Of a stretch of DNA of 64,000 nt, positions 25,415-35,493 are shown piece by piece; the stretch's first letter is position 1, and each line of letters begins with the position of its first letter. The stretch spans positions 4,380 to 68,379 of IMG/VR virus record IMGVR_UViG_3300048606_000077; one strand, written 5' to 3'. Below the pieces are notes generated by a model. It did not search any database. It saw only the letters and a program-made list of their open reading frames with translations, and was not told where the DNA came from. This DNA is from a virus (Duplodnaviria; Caudoviricetes). The translations under genes and the position numbers were made by a program.

Positions 25415-25455
25415 CGGCGCTCACCACCCTCCTACTCGGTTCGATCAGACCGGGA

Positions 25456-27219
25456 TCAGACGCGGGCGGCGTCGGCCAGCAGCGCGCCGGTCGAGCCCTT
25501 CACGTTGAATCCGACGGTGTACCTGCGCGACTCGTGGCCGACCCGGGCGACCAGGTGGCATTCCTCGGACCAGGCCGCGGTGTGGTCGTTCTCCGCGTTC
25601 AGGACGCTGTCGCGGATCACACCGAGGTCCAGGCTGAGGCCGCTGCCGTGGATGAACGTGCCAGCCGCGTAGATCAGGAAGTCCACCGTGGTAGGCCACG
25701 CGGTCATGGCGGTGGCGTTGCCGAACTGGCTCGCGCCGCGGACCTGCCAGTCGTTGACCCACTGGACGGCGACGTTGCGGGCCACGAAGTACGAGTCGAC
25801 CTCGGCGTTGCCAACGGCCGGGAGTTCAACGCCGGCCTTCCAGGCCAGGTCGCCGCGGATGACCTCACGCACCCAGTACGGCAGGACCACTTCGAGGACG
25901 TCATCGATGCACATCCCGTAGCGGGCCCGGTAGTCCGTGGCCGCCATGCCGACGGCGTTGTAGATGCGCGGGGCCGCCGAGTCGGTGACAGTGCCGCCGA
26001 CCGTGGTGGTCGCGGAGGAGTTGGCGAGCATCAGGGCGATGAGGCGGGCGTTCATCGCGTGAGCATGGGCGCTCATCAGCAACTGCAGCATGTTCTGCGT
26101 GGCCTCGGGGTACGCACTGTCAGCGAGGTTGCCGGCGGTGAGGCAGATGCCGTAGCACTCCAGCCGCTCTTCGTCGAAGGTCGGGCAGGGGACCCGGATG
26201 CAGGGCTTGTTGGTGGCGCCGGTGACGGTGAGGATGTCGTCGGCTTCGGTCCACAGCCACGGGTTCGACGTGTTGCTGAACGTCGCTGCGAAGGGGGCGA
26301 ACGCCGTGCCGCCGCCGAGGGCGTCAGCGAGGGACGGGCTGATGGGGAAGTGGATGCCGCCCCGGGTGATGCCCACGGTCGGCAGGTCGATGAGGCCGTC
26401 TTCGCAAGCGATGTTGAAGAAGTCGTAGCGCGTCTCACTGGGGGCGCACCAGCCACCGCCTGCGACGAGCGCGCCCTTCTTGTCCTCGGAGGTCAGGAAG
26501 TTGATGAGCTCCTGGACCTCAGCGGGCGACGTGCGGTCGTCCACCGTGTGCGAGTAGTCGTTGCGGATGCTGGCGACGAGCTGGTGGTTTCCGTTGCCGT
26601 CGCTGGTGACCGGCATGCTCTTGGCTTTGCGGGCCACCACGTCAGCGAGGCTGGACAGGGTGGGGAGTTCACCGCCGTGGGCGACACCGGGGATGTCGAC
26701 GGACGCGGTGACCGCCAGGCGCGCCTGGGGGACCTTCGGAGCCGGGGCGTGCTGCGCGGTCTCCGCCAGTGAGGCGGTGGCGCGGCGGGCAAGGGCTCCG
26801 GCGTCGATTCCGCCACGGCGCTCGCCCATCAGCGCGACCATGCCGGCGGTGACGCCGCGGGCGGCTGCGGCGGCGATGGCCTCGGCGTCGATCTGCGGCG
26901 TAGCGGCCTGTGTTGCTGCGGCCTGGTCGCCGGGGCCGTTGACGCGGGTACGGAGCGTGGCGAGCTGGTCGGCGACGCGGGCCTGCTGCAGACCGGCCTG
27001 CTCCTGCGCCCGGACTTCACGAACACGCAGCTCGGCGCGGACCCGGTCGAGGTCCTCGGTGATCCGCATCGCGTACTGCAACGACTCGGGGTCGACGGCG
27101 TCGAGGGCATCGACCCGGTCGAACTCGGCGACACCGCGCGCTTCGAGCTCGCGGAGCTCGTTGTCGTCGGTGATGAGCGTCAGGTCTGACGGGGCGCTGA
27201 ACAGTTCCTCGGCCGGCAC
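25456..27219 (-). CDS. Major capsid protein with N-terminal coiled-coil scaffold domain
   Basis: AGGAGG RBS; LVAGGGWCAPSETRYDF motif; DSVLNAENDHT..WSEE. Confidence 0.88.
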   Translation of the reverse strand: MPAEELFSAPSDLTLITDDNELRELEARGVAEFDRVDALDAVDPESLQYAMRITEDLDRVRAELRVREVRAQEQAGLQQARVADQLATLRTRVNGPGDQAAATQAATPQIDAEAIAAAAARGVTAGMVALMGERRGGIDAGALARRATASLAETAQHAPAPKVPQARLAVTASVDIPGVAHGGELPTLSSLADVVARKAKSMPVTSDGNGNHQLVASIRNDYSHTVDDRTSPAEVQELINFLTSEDKKGALVAGGGWCAPSETRYDFFNIACEDGLIDLPTVGITRGGIHFPISPSLADALGGGTAFAPFAATFSNTSNPWLWTEADDILTVTGATNKPCIRVPCPTFDEERLECYGICLTAGNLADSAYPEATQNMLQLLMSAHAHAMNARLIALMLANSSATTTVGGTVTDSAAPRIYNAVGMAATDYRARYGMCIDDVLEVVLPYWVREVIRGDLAWKAGVELPAVGNAEVDSYFVARNVAVQWVNDWQVRGASQFGNATAMTAWPTTVDFLIYAAGTFIHGSGLSLDLGVIRDSVLNAENDHTAAWSEECHLVARVGHESRRYTVGFNVKGSTGALLADAARV

Positions 27220-27293
27220 GGTTGCCTCCTGTGCGAAGGGGGGTTGCGCCCGCTTTTGGCGCCCACTCTCCGTGCACGGTAGCCCTTAGCACT

Positions 27294-27329
27294 CGGACCG
27301 GCAAATGTCCAATTACATTCGCCGGTCCG
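27294..27329. promoter_or_regulatory. 15-bp inverted repeat upstream of the MCP
   Basis: CGGACCGGCAAATGT-ccaatt-ACATTCGCCGGTCCG (1 mismatch), just upstream of a TACCGT -10-like hexamer (27276-27281, minus strand). Confidence 0.5.
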
Positions 27330-27415
27330 GTAAAATCCCCAGGTCAGCCAGCTGGCGGCGCGGGCGGGGGCGGCGGTGTCGGCCGCTTCCGCTTATTGCA
27401 GTTGCACACAGTCAG

Positions 27416-30109
27416 TCACCTCCCGCCCTGGACTCGGTCCCGCAGCATGCCCATCACGACACGCAGCGCCTGCCGCTGAACATCCTCCTCCGACAGCCCA
27501 TACGCCACCTGCGGACGGCCCGCCGCCACCAGAGCCTGAGGCTGCCCCGACGCCACCCGCGCCCGCATCCTCGGCACCGGGAACCCCGGCACATTCACCG
27601 CCAACAGACCCACCAGGCGCAGCTGCCCGCCGATCCGCCGCCAGTCCCCCGACACCTGACCGGCCGCCTGCAGCTCGTACACCCGCAGCGGATCCGCATG
27701 CGGACGAATCGCCCCGGCCACCCAGATGCCGTGAGCGTCATTGCCCACAGTCACATCCGCGACCGCACTACCGGTGTTGTCGTAATGCTCCGCCGCCGGG
27801 GACGCCCCCAGGTGCAGCGGCGCGTGCCCCGTACCCGCGGTGATCTGACCCACCGCGACCCGGCTGCCGTCGTCGCACTTCACTTCCCCCGTCCGGTAGT
27901 ACGGGTGCTCCTCCTCACGCGGCGGCTGGACACACACACCCTCCTGCCCGATGTGGCACGAACCCCACTGCGCCGCATGCCCGTAGATGCGGCCCTCGTC
28001 ATCGATCGTGATCCCCGTCGGCAGCGACAGCTTCGGGTCAGCGAACCACGCGGACGGAGGCTGCCAGACAACGTCACCCGCCCCCGCCGTCAACGCGGGC
28101 AACGACCGGAACGGCTCCGGCTCCATACCCGCAGCCCGCAGATGCGCGGCCACGTGGTCATACACACCACGCCGGTCCGCCGCCGGAATCGACGCACCCC
28201 CACGGGCACCATGCAACGCACCGATCGCAGCCGAGCACGCAGCCAGGTTCGCCGCACCCGGCGTACCGTCGGCGCCCACTTCGTGGTGCAGGAACTTCGC
28301 CGCGCTCTTGGGCAGCTCACCGTCCTGCACGGCACTCTGGTCGTACCAGGCGTAGGCACGCTTGGCCTGGTCCACGGTCATCGGCGACACCAACGGCTTC
28401 TCGTTGGCGCCGGCGTCCCAGGGGCTGTCCGAGGTTGCGGTGTTGTGGGTGGCCACGGCCGTGAGGTGCTGGACGGTGAGCGCCTGGAACTCCTCCGGCG
28501 ACAGCGTCTGGCCGCCGGCCACGACCGCGCCCTGCTCGTCGAGGAGCGCGATGTAGGCCTCGGCGAACGCGGGAATGTCCACGAGGGTGGCGGCCCTGAT
28601 GCGGCCGCCGTGGAAGATGACCTTCTCGGGCTGGGAGAAGAGCATCTCGAACAGATCGGCGTCTGCCTCTTCGTCCATTCCTTCCTTGACGTCGTCGGGC
28701 CACACGAACTCGACGTCGGCATCGGCGATGGAGTCCGCGTCGATGGAGACGCCCCTGAGGAACTTGCCTTCGATCTTGGCGTGGACGCGGCGGCCGTCGT
28801 CGTCGGACAGGTCCAGGACGCCTTCGCCCATGATGAGACTGCCGTCGCGCCAGATCTTGTCGATGCGGCCGACGTTGACCGCGATCGTGCGCGCCTCGCC
28901 GCCGTGGGAGTCTTCCTTGTTCCACCGCAGCGGGACGGGCAGCTCGGCCCAGGTGAGGGCGTCGGCGGCGAACTCGCGGCCGTCGCCGGTGACCTGGCCT
29001 TCGATGGCGAGGGGGCCGCGCCACGGGGCGGTGCTGCCCGCGTAGTCCATGTCATCGTCGGCGGGCGCGTCGCCCTCGGGGTTCTCTTCGGCGTTCAGCT
29101 CGGTCTGCTGCGCCTCGGCGTCGGCGTCGGTGGCGTGGCAGCCCTGGAGTTCCTTGGTGTCGGTCTGGACAACGGCCCACGGCGTATCGGCGCCGCAGTC
29201 CGGGTGGTCCTGCACGATGCTGTACGGCACGTCGCCGCCTCCGTTCGTCTCGCTGGGCATTGTGGCCCCGGCCGCCAGGGTGATCGCTCCGGCCGCCTCG
29301 TTGCCCGCGGCCTGGGGCCAGACGGTGACGAGGGTTCCCCGGCAGCGCGAGCCGCCTAGGCAGCGGGTGTAGCCGCCGGTGGGGTAGGCCTTGCGGGCGG
29401 CGGTGAGGGTGTCGTACTTGGTGCCGTCGATCTTTCTGCAAGGGGCACATGAGTTGCGGTCGAGCGCTTCCGTGCTCACGTATGTCGCCGGAGGGGCAAC
29501 GGCGAGGACAGTCATGCGGCCCTCGTTCTGCGCCGCCGACATCGCCCCACCCACAGCCTCCTGGACCGCCGCGCCCGACAGGCCCGCCAGGTGCTCATCC
29601 ACAGCAGCGGCGACCTGCGCCCCCGTGCCCGACCCGAACAGGCGCATCGCCTGACGCACCGCCGACTGCACCAGACCCACACCCAGCACCCGGGCCGTCG
29701 TACGGGCCACCTGCCGCAGCCGATCCCGCACGGCGGCCGCCGTGAGCGCCTCATCGTCCAGCGACCACTCGGGGATGGTGACACCCTGCGCTTCGGCCTC
29801 ACGCTGCTGCGCCGCGCCGGCCGCCTGCGCGAAGCTCTGCATCTGCTTGAAGAGCACGGTCTCCGCATCGCCGGTGTCCACCGTGGCCGTGTCGAGCTGG
29901 TCCAGCTTCTCCGCGTCGACCGCGGCCTGGACCTGCGCGACGATCTGCGCGCGCTGCGCGTCCTGCACCGCCGTCCACTGCTCGACGGTGTCGTTGACGG
30001 CTTTGTGCCAGGCGTCGTTCATGTCCGCGAAGTCGACGCGGCTGGCGAGTTCGAGTTCGGTGGGCTGGCGGCGCAGCAGGTCGTCAGCGGCCGCTGTGAG
30101 CGAATCCAT
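27416..30109 (-). CDS. MuF-like head morphogenesis domain fused to capsid maturation protease
   Basis: STEALDRNSCAPC...CLGGSRCRGT (MuF C-terminus); W.GPLAIEG..TGDGR, GVSID, RIRAATLVDIPAF (protease). Confidence 0.8.
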   Translation of the reverse strand: MDSLTAAADDLLRRQPTELELASRVDFADMNDAWHKAVNDTVEQWTAVQDAQRAQIVAQVQAAVDAEKLDQLDTATVDTGDAETVLFKQMQSFAQAAGAAQQREAEAQGVTIPEWSLDDEALTAAAVRDRLRQVARTTARVLGVGLVQSAVRQAMRLFGSGTGAQVAAAVDEHLAGLSGAAVQEAVGGAMSAAQNEGRMTVLAVAPPATYVSTEALDRNSCAPCRKIDGTKYDTLTAARKAYPTGGYTRCLGGSRCRGTLVTVWPQAAGNEAAGAITLAAGATMPSETNGGGDVPYSIVQDHPDCGADTPWAVVQTDTKELQGCHATDADAEAQQTELNAEENPEGDAPADDDMDYAGSTAPWRGPLAIEGQVTGDGREFAADALTWAELPVPLRWNKEDSHGGEARTIAVNVGRIDKIWRDGSLIMGEGVLDLSDDDGRRVHAKIEGKFLRGVSIDADSIADADVEFVWPDDVKEGMDEEADADLFEMLFSQPEKVIFHGGRIRAATLVDIPAFAEAYIALLDEQGAVVAGGQTLSPEEFQALTVQHLTAVATHNTATSDSPWDAGANEKPLVSPMTVDQAKRAYAWYDQSAVQDGELPKSAAKFLHHEVGADGTPGAANLAACSAAIGALHGARGGASIPAADRRGVYDHVAAHLRAAGMEPEPFRSLPALTAGAGDVVWQPPSAWFADPKLSLPTGITIDDEGRIYGHAAQWGSCHIGQEGVCVQPPREEEHPYYRTGEVKCDDGSRVAVGQITAGTGHAPLHLGASPAAEHYDNTGSAVADVTVGNDAHGIWVAGAIRPHADPLRVYELQAAGQVSGDWRRIGGQLRLVGLLAVNVPGFPVPRMRARVASGQPQALVAAGRPQVAYGLSEEDVQRQALRVVMGMLRDRVQGGR

Positions 30110-31895
30110 TGCTGCTCCGTGTCGTCAGGAAACCGGACGTGTTCCAGTGGGGTGCGAGCCGGCCGATAGTGAGCTGCCCGAACGGATCCAAGCGCGCCTC
30201 GTACGTGCCGGAGGTGCCGGGGCGTGCCAGCGTGGCGAGCTTCGCCGCAGCGTGTGTGAACGGGCAGCTGTAGGCGTGCTCGGCGCAGCTGGCCGGGTGC
30301 AACAGTTCGGGCCCGCTGGCGGTCGCGAACCTGACGGCGTGCAGCGATCGCGCCTGCCGCAGCATCCGGTCCGTGCGGGCCTGCGCCGCCGCACGATCAG
30401 CCGCAGTCCCCGGCGGCGGCTGCCCTTGCGTGTCCGGCGGCGCCTGCTCGGCCGGGGCCGGCGCGGCGTCGGCAGCCGGCGTGACGGTTTCGCCGGGCTG
30501 GAGCGGCGCGGTGGGCGCGATGGTGATCTGCTTGCCGATGAGCTGCGACAGTGCGGACCCGGCGCCGGACGGCAGGGTCTTGATGATGATTTTCAGGGCC
30601 TGCTCTTCGAGCTCGTCGCCGGTGGGCTTGTCGGCTTCGTCGAATCCGGTCTCGCGGCGGAGTGCGGTGCCGTTGATCTCCAGGCGGTCGTAGGCCGAGA
30701 AGGCGTCCGCGCTGCGGTCGGGGCGCAGCGCGAGTTCGGACATGTCGTACCAGACGACCCAGTTCGCGTAGTCCTCCACGCCGGAGGCTTTGAGGCGGGG
30801 CTGGAGGTAGCCCTCGGTGATGGCCTGGCAGATGAGTTCTGCGTCGGGGGCGATGTTCGTCTTCAGCGCGGCTTCGTCGACTGACCACGCCCCCCAGTGG
30901 TTGAGGTCGCCCATGCCGAGGAGGACTTCGGCGGGGATGTTGAGCTGGCTGGCGAGGTTCTTGATGGCACTGTCGCGCTTCTCAATGATCTTGTCGTCGA
31001 TCTGCAAAGTGAAGTCGACGTGCTTGACCTTGTCGATCCACTCGCCCGGCATCCTCATCGGGATCGGCACCACCGCCGACGCCGTACCCGGCTTACTGAT
31101 CGCCTCCGCAGCGATCTCGATCCACTCGGCCATGAACGGATCGGCGGCATCCGCGAACTCCTCCCGCACCGGGAACGTCACCTCATCCGGGAAGATCACA
31201 ACTCCAGCCGACGCCAGGCGACTGAGGTACTGAGCCAGGATGTGCCGGTTGACCAACTCCAATTCCCGCATCGTGGACCGCGCCGCCCGCGCCGGAGAAT
31301 CCGCCCTGTAGCGGTACCGCTTGCTCGGCCGGTACACCCGGTTCACCAACGAGTCCTCCGCCAGCGGACGCCACTTCGCCCCCGCCGACGTGCTGCTCTC
31401 GTCCATCACCTGGAACTGCCGGTTCCTGGCCTGCACCTCATCCATCGACCGCACCGACCACCGCTCAACGCTGGTCTCGCCGACCTTGACGGTCTCGCCG
31501 ATGAGGTAGCCCTCGCCCGGCACGTCCAGCTGCGTCGCGAGCTCCGCCATCAGCTGGGCCTGCCCGGAGACGCCGCCACCAAGGGTCGTCATCAGGTCCA
31601 CGGCGGTGCCTGCGTCGGCACGTACGGGCTCGTCCTCGCCGGTCTCCAGGCGGGCGGCGTAGATGCGGACGCGGGAGAGCATGGCGCTCTTCCACTCGAC
31701 GGCGTAGCGGAAAGGGCCTAGGTCTTCGTAGTAGGCCCAGGCTTCTTCTTGCCAGGAGTCGGGTTTGCGGAGGAGGTCGGTGCGGGGGCTGGTGACGGGT
31801 TGGGCGGCGGCGGTGAGTGTGGCGGGGGGCGGGGTGGTGTCGGGGCGTGGTGTGGGCAGCGTTTTGCGGCTGCTGAATGCGTGCCACCAGGCCAT
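30084..31895 (-). CDS. Portal protein
   Basis: WQEEAWAYYE..G..RYA, RLASAGV...P, GMGD.NHWGAW; position between terminase and protease. Confidence 0.85.
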   Translation of the reverse strand: MAWWHAFSSRKTLPTPRPDTTPPPATLTAAAQPVTSPRTDLLRKPDSWQEEAWAYYEDLGPFRYAVEWKSAMLSRVRIYAARLETGEDEPVRADAGTAVDLMTTLGGGVSGQAQLMAELATQLDVPGEGYLIGETVKVGETSVERWSVRSMDEVQARNRQFQVMDESSTSAGAKWRPLAEDSLVNRVYRPSKRYRYRADSPARAARSTMRELELVNRHILAQYLSRLASAGVVIFPDEVTFPVREEFADAADPFMAEWIEIAAEAISKPGTASAVVPIPMRMPGEWIDKVKHVDFTLQIDDKIIEKRDSAIKNLASQLNIPAEVLLGMGDLNHWGAWSVDEAALKTNIAPDAELICQAITEGYLQPRLKASGVEDYANWVVWYDMSELALRPDRSADAFSAYDRLEINGTALRRETGFDEADKPTGDELEEQALKIIIKTLPSGAGSALSQLIGKQITIAPTAPLQPGETVTPAADAAPAPAEQAPPDTQGQPPPGTAADRAAAQARTDRMLRQARSLHAVRFATASGPELLHPASCAEHAYSCPFTHAAAKLATLARPGTSGTYEARLDPFGQLTIGRLAPHWNTSGFLTTRSSNGFAHSGR

Positions 31896-31924
31896 CGCTG
31901 CTCCCTGCTCGTGGGTCTGGGTGC

Positions 31925-31958
31925 AGGGTAGGACGCTCGCAGGGGGTGATCGTTCCGG
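31925..31958 (-). promoter_or_regulatory. Putative late promoter CCGGAA-N22-TACCCT upstream of the portal
   Basis: Same spacing and motif as the promoter upstream of the DUF1360 gene. Confidence 0.5.
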
Positions 31959-32052
31959 GCGGACATGACGGAGCCGCCCGCGCCAGCACGAGCGGCTCCC
32001 AACCAACCACAGGGACCGACACAGCCCCCGCGCCCATCACCTCACCAGAACG

Positions 32053-32448
32053 CTACGCCCACTCCTGCGACGCGATCAGCGCACCAACCGCCCACACCGC
32101 CAGCCACACCAACACCGGCACCGGCAGACCCACCACCGCCCACGTCCCCGCCGTCACCCCGCCCGCCAGCCAACCCGACGCACACCACGGACACGACATC
32201 AACTCAGCCAGCCAAAACGGCGACCACCGCGCACGAGTCACATACCGGTGACCCTCATCGTCAATGTCCCGGATCTCCCATTCCTTCCACCGGGTCTGGC
32301 TGTTGTGCTCCGGCTCCGTCAAGGGCCGCCACCCGCCCGCGACCCGATCCCGCAACCACAGCACCGGCGGAAACGTGTCAGCCACAACGAGCCGGGTCAG
32401 CCGGTAGGTAGCCAGCGACATCACGAGCAGCAGCAACCACAGGTCCAT
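32053..32448 (-). CDS. DUF1360-like membrane protein
   Basis: LATYRLTRLVVAD...LAELMSCPWCASGW. Confidence 0.8.
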   Translation of the reverse strand: MDLWLLLLVMSLATYRLTRLVVADTFPPVLWLRDRVAGGWRPLTEPEHNSQTRWKEWEIRDIDDEGHRYVTRARWSPFWLAELMSCPWCASGWLAGGVTAGTWAVVGLPVPVLVWLAVWAVGALIASQEWA

Positions 32449-32454
32449 GCGCGC

Positions 32455-32488
32455 AGCGTAGGCCCGCAGACGACGGCACCCGTTCCGG
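32455..32488 (-). promoter_or_regulatory. Putative late promoter CCGGAA-N22-TACGCT (leaderless)
   Basis: -10-like hexamer 6 nt before the ATG at 32448. Confidence 0.5.
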
Positions 32489-32494
32489 CAACCA

Positions 32495-33915
32495 CTACCG
32501 CCCGCGCCCGCCAACGATCTGCTTCCTGGCCAGATCCCCACCCAGCGAACCCTGGCCCTTCACAATCGCCGACACCAGCCTCATATGCCACGGCCCCCAC
32601 ACCATCCCGTCCAACCGGTCCGGCGACCAACCCAACTCCGGATACCACGTCGCCAACTGGTCCTCCAGCTCCGGAAACGTGCCGGCATGATGCCACCGGC
32701 CCTGAGCACCCAGCGCCGCGACCGGCTGCGCCCGCACGACCTTGCCGTGCGTCGCCAGCACCTTCCGCACCGGGATATCCACCCCGGCCTTCTCCAGCGC
32801 TGTATGGATCACGGCCATCGCTTGGTCACCCCCGTAGTTGACCTCAACGCAGATGTCATGGGCCTCCCAGTCCACGGCGGCCTGGACCGCCCGCTGTCCC
32901 CAGCCCTCCGGCGGCAGGTGACAGGTCCGGTCATCGAGGACGAACCCGTGATGTTGCGGCCGCGGCTGTCCCTGCACGGGCCGCTCGTCCGGATCGGCCG
33001 CGGGGCCGGGCAGCAGGCCTGGCAGCAGCAGCCCCGACTTCGCGGTGACGACGATGCCCTGCTCGCCTGCACCGCCGGATGGGTCCACGCCGACCGTACG
33101 CCGGATCAGGTCCGGCAGATCTTCCAGCCGCATGCGGCCAGCGGCCAACGTCGCGCGCCGCCACAGCGCGTTGCTGACCTCGTCGAGGAGCTTGCCGTAC
33201 AGCTCCTGCTCACCCAGCTCGGTGCTGCCGTAGCTGTCTTCCAGCGCGTCACGGATGTGCACGGGAAGGTACGGATTCTGGTACATCGTCGCGTGCGTGG
33301 TGACCACACCACGGATCTCGCCCTGCATGAGCCGCTTCAGCAGCGGCTTGGGCTTCGGCGTGGTCGACGCCACCCAGTGCGGGCGCGGCCCCGAGCGCAG
33401 GCCGAACCGGAGCTGGTCCCAGCACGCGTCCATGTAGCGCCACGCGGCGAACTCCTCCAGCCAGGCGACGCACGTATTACCGCCCGCTCGGAGCCGCTCG
33501 ACATCCTCCGGACTGTTCGCCCCGTACAACTTGGCCTGGGAGCCGTTGGGCCAGCGCACGACAGTCCCGCCGACGGTGGTGATGGGACCGCTGGCGGTTG
33601 GGTCGTGGGCCTTGATTCCGGAGGGCCCGGAGACGCAGGCGGTCACGGCGTCGCCTTGGGTGGGGGCGATGATGCCGACCCAGTGCGGCACGGGTCCTGG
33701 GAGGCAAGGGGGTCCGGCTACGTGCCGGGCGATGTATTCGGCGCATGCGTCCGTTTTCCCAGCTCCACTAATCGGCCGGCTAGCAGTAGCCAGCCGTACC
33801 AATCACCCCCGGGAGGTACCTGGTGGGGGAGCGGTGTCCAGTGTTTGGTGTCGATGTGGGCGCCGAGCATGGCGGCGGCGCGTTGTGCGATGGCTGCCCG
33901 GTCGTCCGTACTCAT
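32495..33915 (-). pseudogene. terL: Terminase large subunit split by a 5-nt insertion in Walker A
   Basis: Frame 1 ends ...HQVPPGGDWYGWLLLAGR, frame 2 starts GAGKTDACAEY; Walker B WLEE; nuclease VGVDPSG and SPDRLDG; TTAGT inserted at 33767-33771. Confidence 0.85.
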
Positions 33916-33933
33916 GACCGGATTGTCGCCGGT

Positions 33934-34497
33934 TCAACGACTGGTGGCGTCCCCGCGGTCCGGGCGGCCGCTGGAGTTGTGCCCACCGTGGTGCCACGTC
34001 CACGTCCGCTCCGGCAGGTGGACGATCTTCGCCCCGGCCGCGACGCACCCATTGACGAAACCCCAGTCCTCCCACGGATCGTGGAAGCCGACCTGCTGCG
34101 CCAGCCCGGTGCGCACCAGGATGGTGATCGTCGTGGAGTTCGGGGCGGCGTCGTCCCAGGGCTTACCGAAGAACATCGGGAACGGGTCCGTGCCGCCCAC
34201 GACCCGGAACCAGGGGTACACGTAGTCCGCACCCGTGGCGGCCGCGCAGGTGAGCAGCTTCTCCACGTGGTCCGGGTCCATCTCATCGTCGGAGTCGAGG
34301 AACGCCGTCCACTCCGTCTCCACCATGGCGAGCCCGTGACTGCGGGTGACGGCAGCGCCCATGCTGTGGACGTCGCGGGCCAGGATGTGATGGACCGAGA
34401 CGGTCTGCGCGCGGACCGATGCGGCGGCGCGCTCCAGCATGCCGTTGCTCTCCCGCGCCGCGTGGAACGGGGTCACCACCGTCACTCCGGGCTTCAC
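33934..34497 (-). CDS. GT2-family glycosyltransferase
   Basis: VTVVTP, AASVRAQT, GAAVTR..GL, WTAFLDSDD, EDW, HLPERTW. Confidence 0.85.
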   Translation of the reverse strand: MKPGVTVVTPFHAARESNGMLERAAASVRAQTVSVHHILARDVHSMGAAVTRSHGLAMVETEWTAFLDSDDEMDPDHVEKLLTCAAATGADYVYPWFRVVGGTDPFPMFFGKPWDDAAPNSTTITILVRTGLAQQVGFHDPWEDWGFVNGCVAAGAKIVHLPERTWTWHHGGHNSSGRPDRGDATSR

Positions 34498-34847
34498 TGC
34501 GGCGCACCCCTCCCGCTGTACCAGGGCAGGGCAAGCCCGTCGTTGGCCGCGCGGGGCACCAGGTGCAGGTGAAGGTGGAACACCGACTGCGTGGCCTCAC
34601 GGCCTCGGCTGGTGATCAGGTTCATCGGGCGGGGCGTCCAGCGCATCAACTGGGCGGCGTGGCGCATGGCATCGGCGGACACCTCGGGGTCGGCGGCGAA
34701 GTCGGGCACGTGCCGTTTCGGAATGACCAGCGTGTGGCCGTCGACGACAGGGTTGAGCGGGACGATCGCGATCACGTCGGACCACTCGTGAACAACGATG
34801 GCGGGCGCGCGACCGGCGACGATCTCGCAGAACGGGCAGGCGTTCAC
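34494..34847 (-). CDS. HIT-family nucleotide hydrolase
   Basis: CPFC, GHTLVIPKRH, QSVFHLHLHLVPR (HxHxH). Confidence 0.9.
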   Translation of the reverse strand: MNACPFCEIVAGRAPAIVVHEWSDVIAIVPLNPVVDGHTLVIPKRHVPDFAADPEVSADAMRHAAQLMRWTPRPMNLITSRGREATQSVFHLHLHLVPRAANDGLALPWYSGRGAPQ

Positions 34848-35284
34848 CGGGGCGTGCCCTTCCAGTGCCCCTCGAAGCCGCCCTGCGTCTCCAGCTCCAG
34901 CGTCGTCCACAGCCGGATGCCGTAGTCCGCGTTCGCCGCGAACAGGCCATCGAAGTAGTGGAACGACTCCGGCACCCAGAAGCTCACGTGGGTGGGGTCG
35001 GCGATGGCGTGCCACGTCCCCGTCATGAACGGCACGATGACCTCGAAAACGCCGCCCGGCTTCAGGACCCGGTGCGCCTCGTTCATGACGTCGATGCGGG
35101 GCTGGCCGGCGGGGATGTGCTCCATCACGTGGCTGGCGCGGATGGCGTCCACGGTGCCGTCTGCGGCGGGCCAGGATCCGTCTTGTGCGAGGCGTTGCCA
35201 GGGGCCGTCGCCGTGTCTGGGGTCCATGTTCGTCCAGCCGGGCTGGACCAGGGTGCCGCCGCCGATCTCGATGCTGGTCATCAC
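34844..35284 (-). CDS. Small class I SAM-dependent methyltransferase
   Basis: IEIGGG motif I, SHVMEHI, EAHRVLKPGG, ADPTH. Confidence 0.85.
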   Translation of the reverse strand: MMTSIEIGGGTLVQPGWTNMDPRHGDGPWQRLAQDGSWPAADGTVDAIRASHVMEHIPAGQPRIDVMNEAHRVLKPGGVFEVIVPFMTGTWHAIADPTHVSFWVPESFHYFDGLFAANADYGIRLWTTLELETQGGFEGHWKGTPR

Positions 35285-35493
35285 ACACGCTCCGGCCAGT
35301 GCCACGTGCGGAAACTGCTGGCCGAGTCATACGGCACGGCGCCGTCGATGGGCACGGGGCCCTGGCCAGGCGGGAAGAGCGTCAGGTTGCACAGCTCGCC
35401 AACACTGGTGATGATCGCTGGCCAGCACACAGGTTCGGGCCCGCTTGGAACGTAGTGGACGATCCTGCCGACGCTCGGTGTCTGCTCGCTCAT
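35281..35493 (-). CDS. Small phage hypothetical protein (70 aa)
   Basis: PSVGRIVHY...PAIIT.V...NL.LF...TWHWP. Confidence 0.7.
   Translation of the reverse strand: MSEQTPSVGRIVHYVPSGPEPVCWPAIITSVGELCNLTLFPPGQGPVPIDGAVPYDSASSFRTWHWPERV

Noticed and set aside
33754-33760. GGGAAAA as proof of programmed frameshifting in terL
   Set aside because: It is simply the Gly-Lys-Thr coding of Walker A and would be present in an intact gene. Kept only as a secondary hypothesis.
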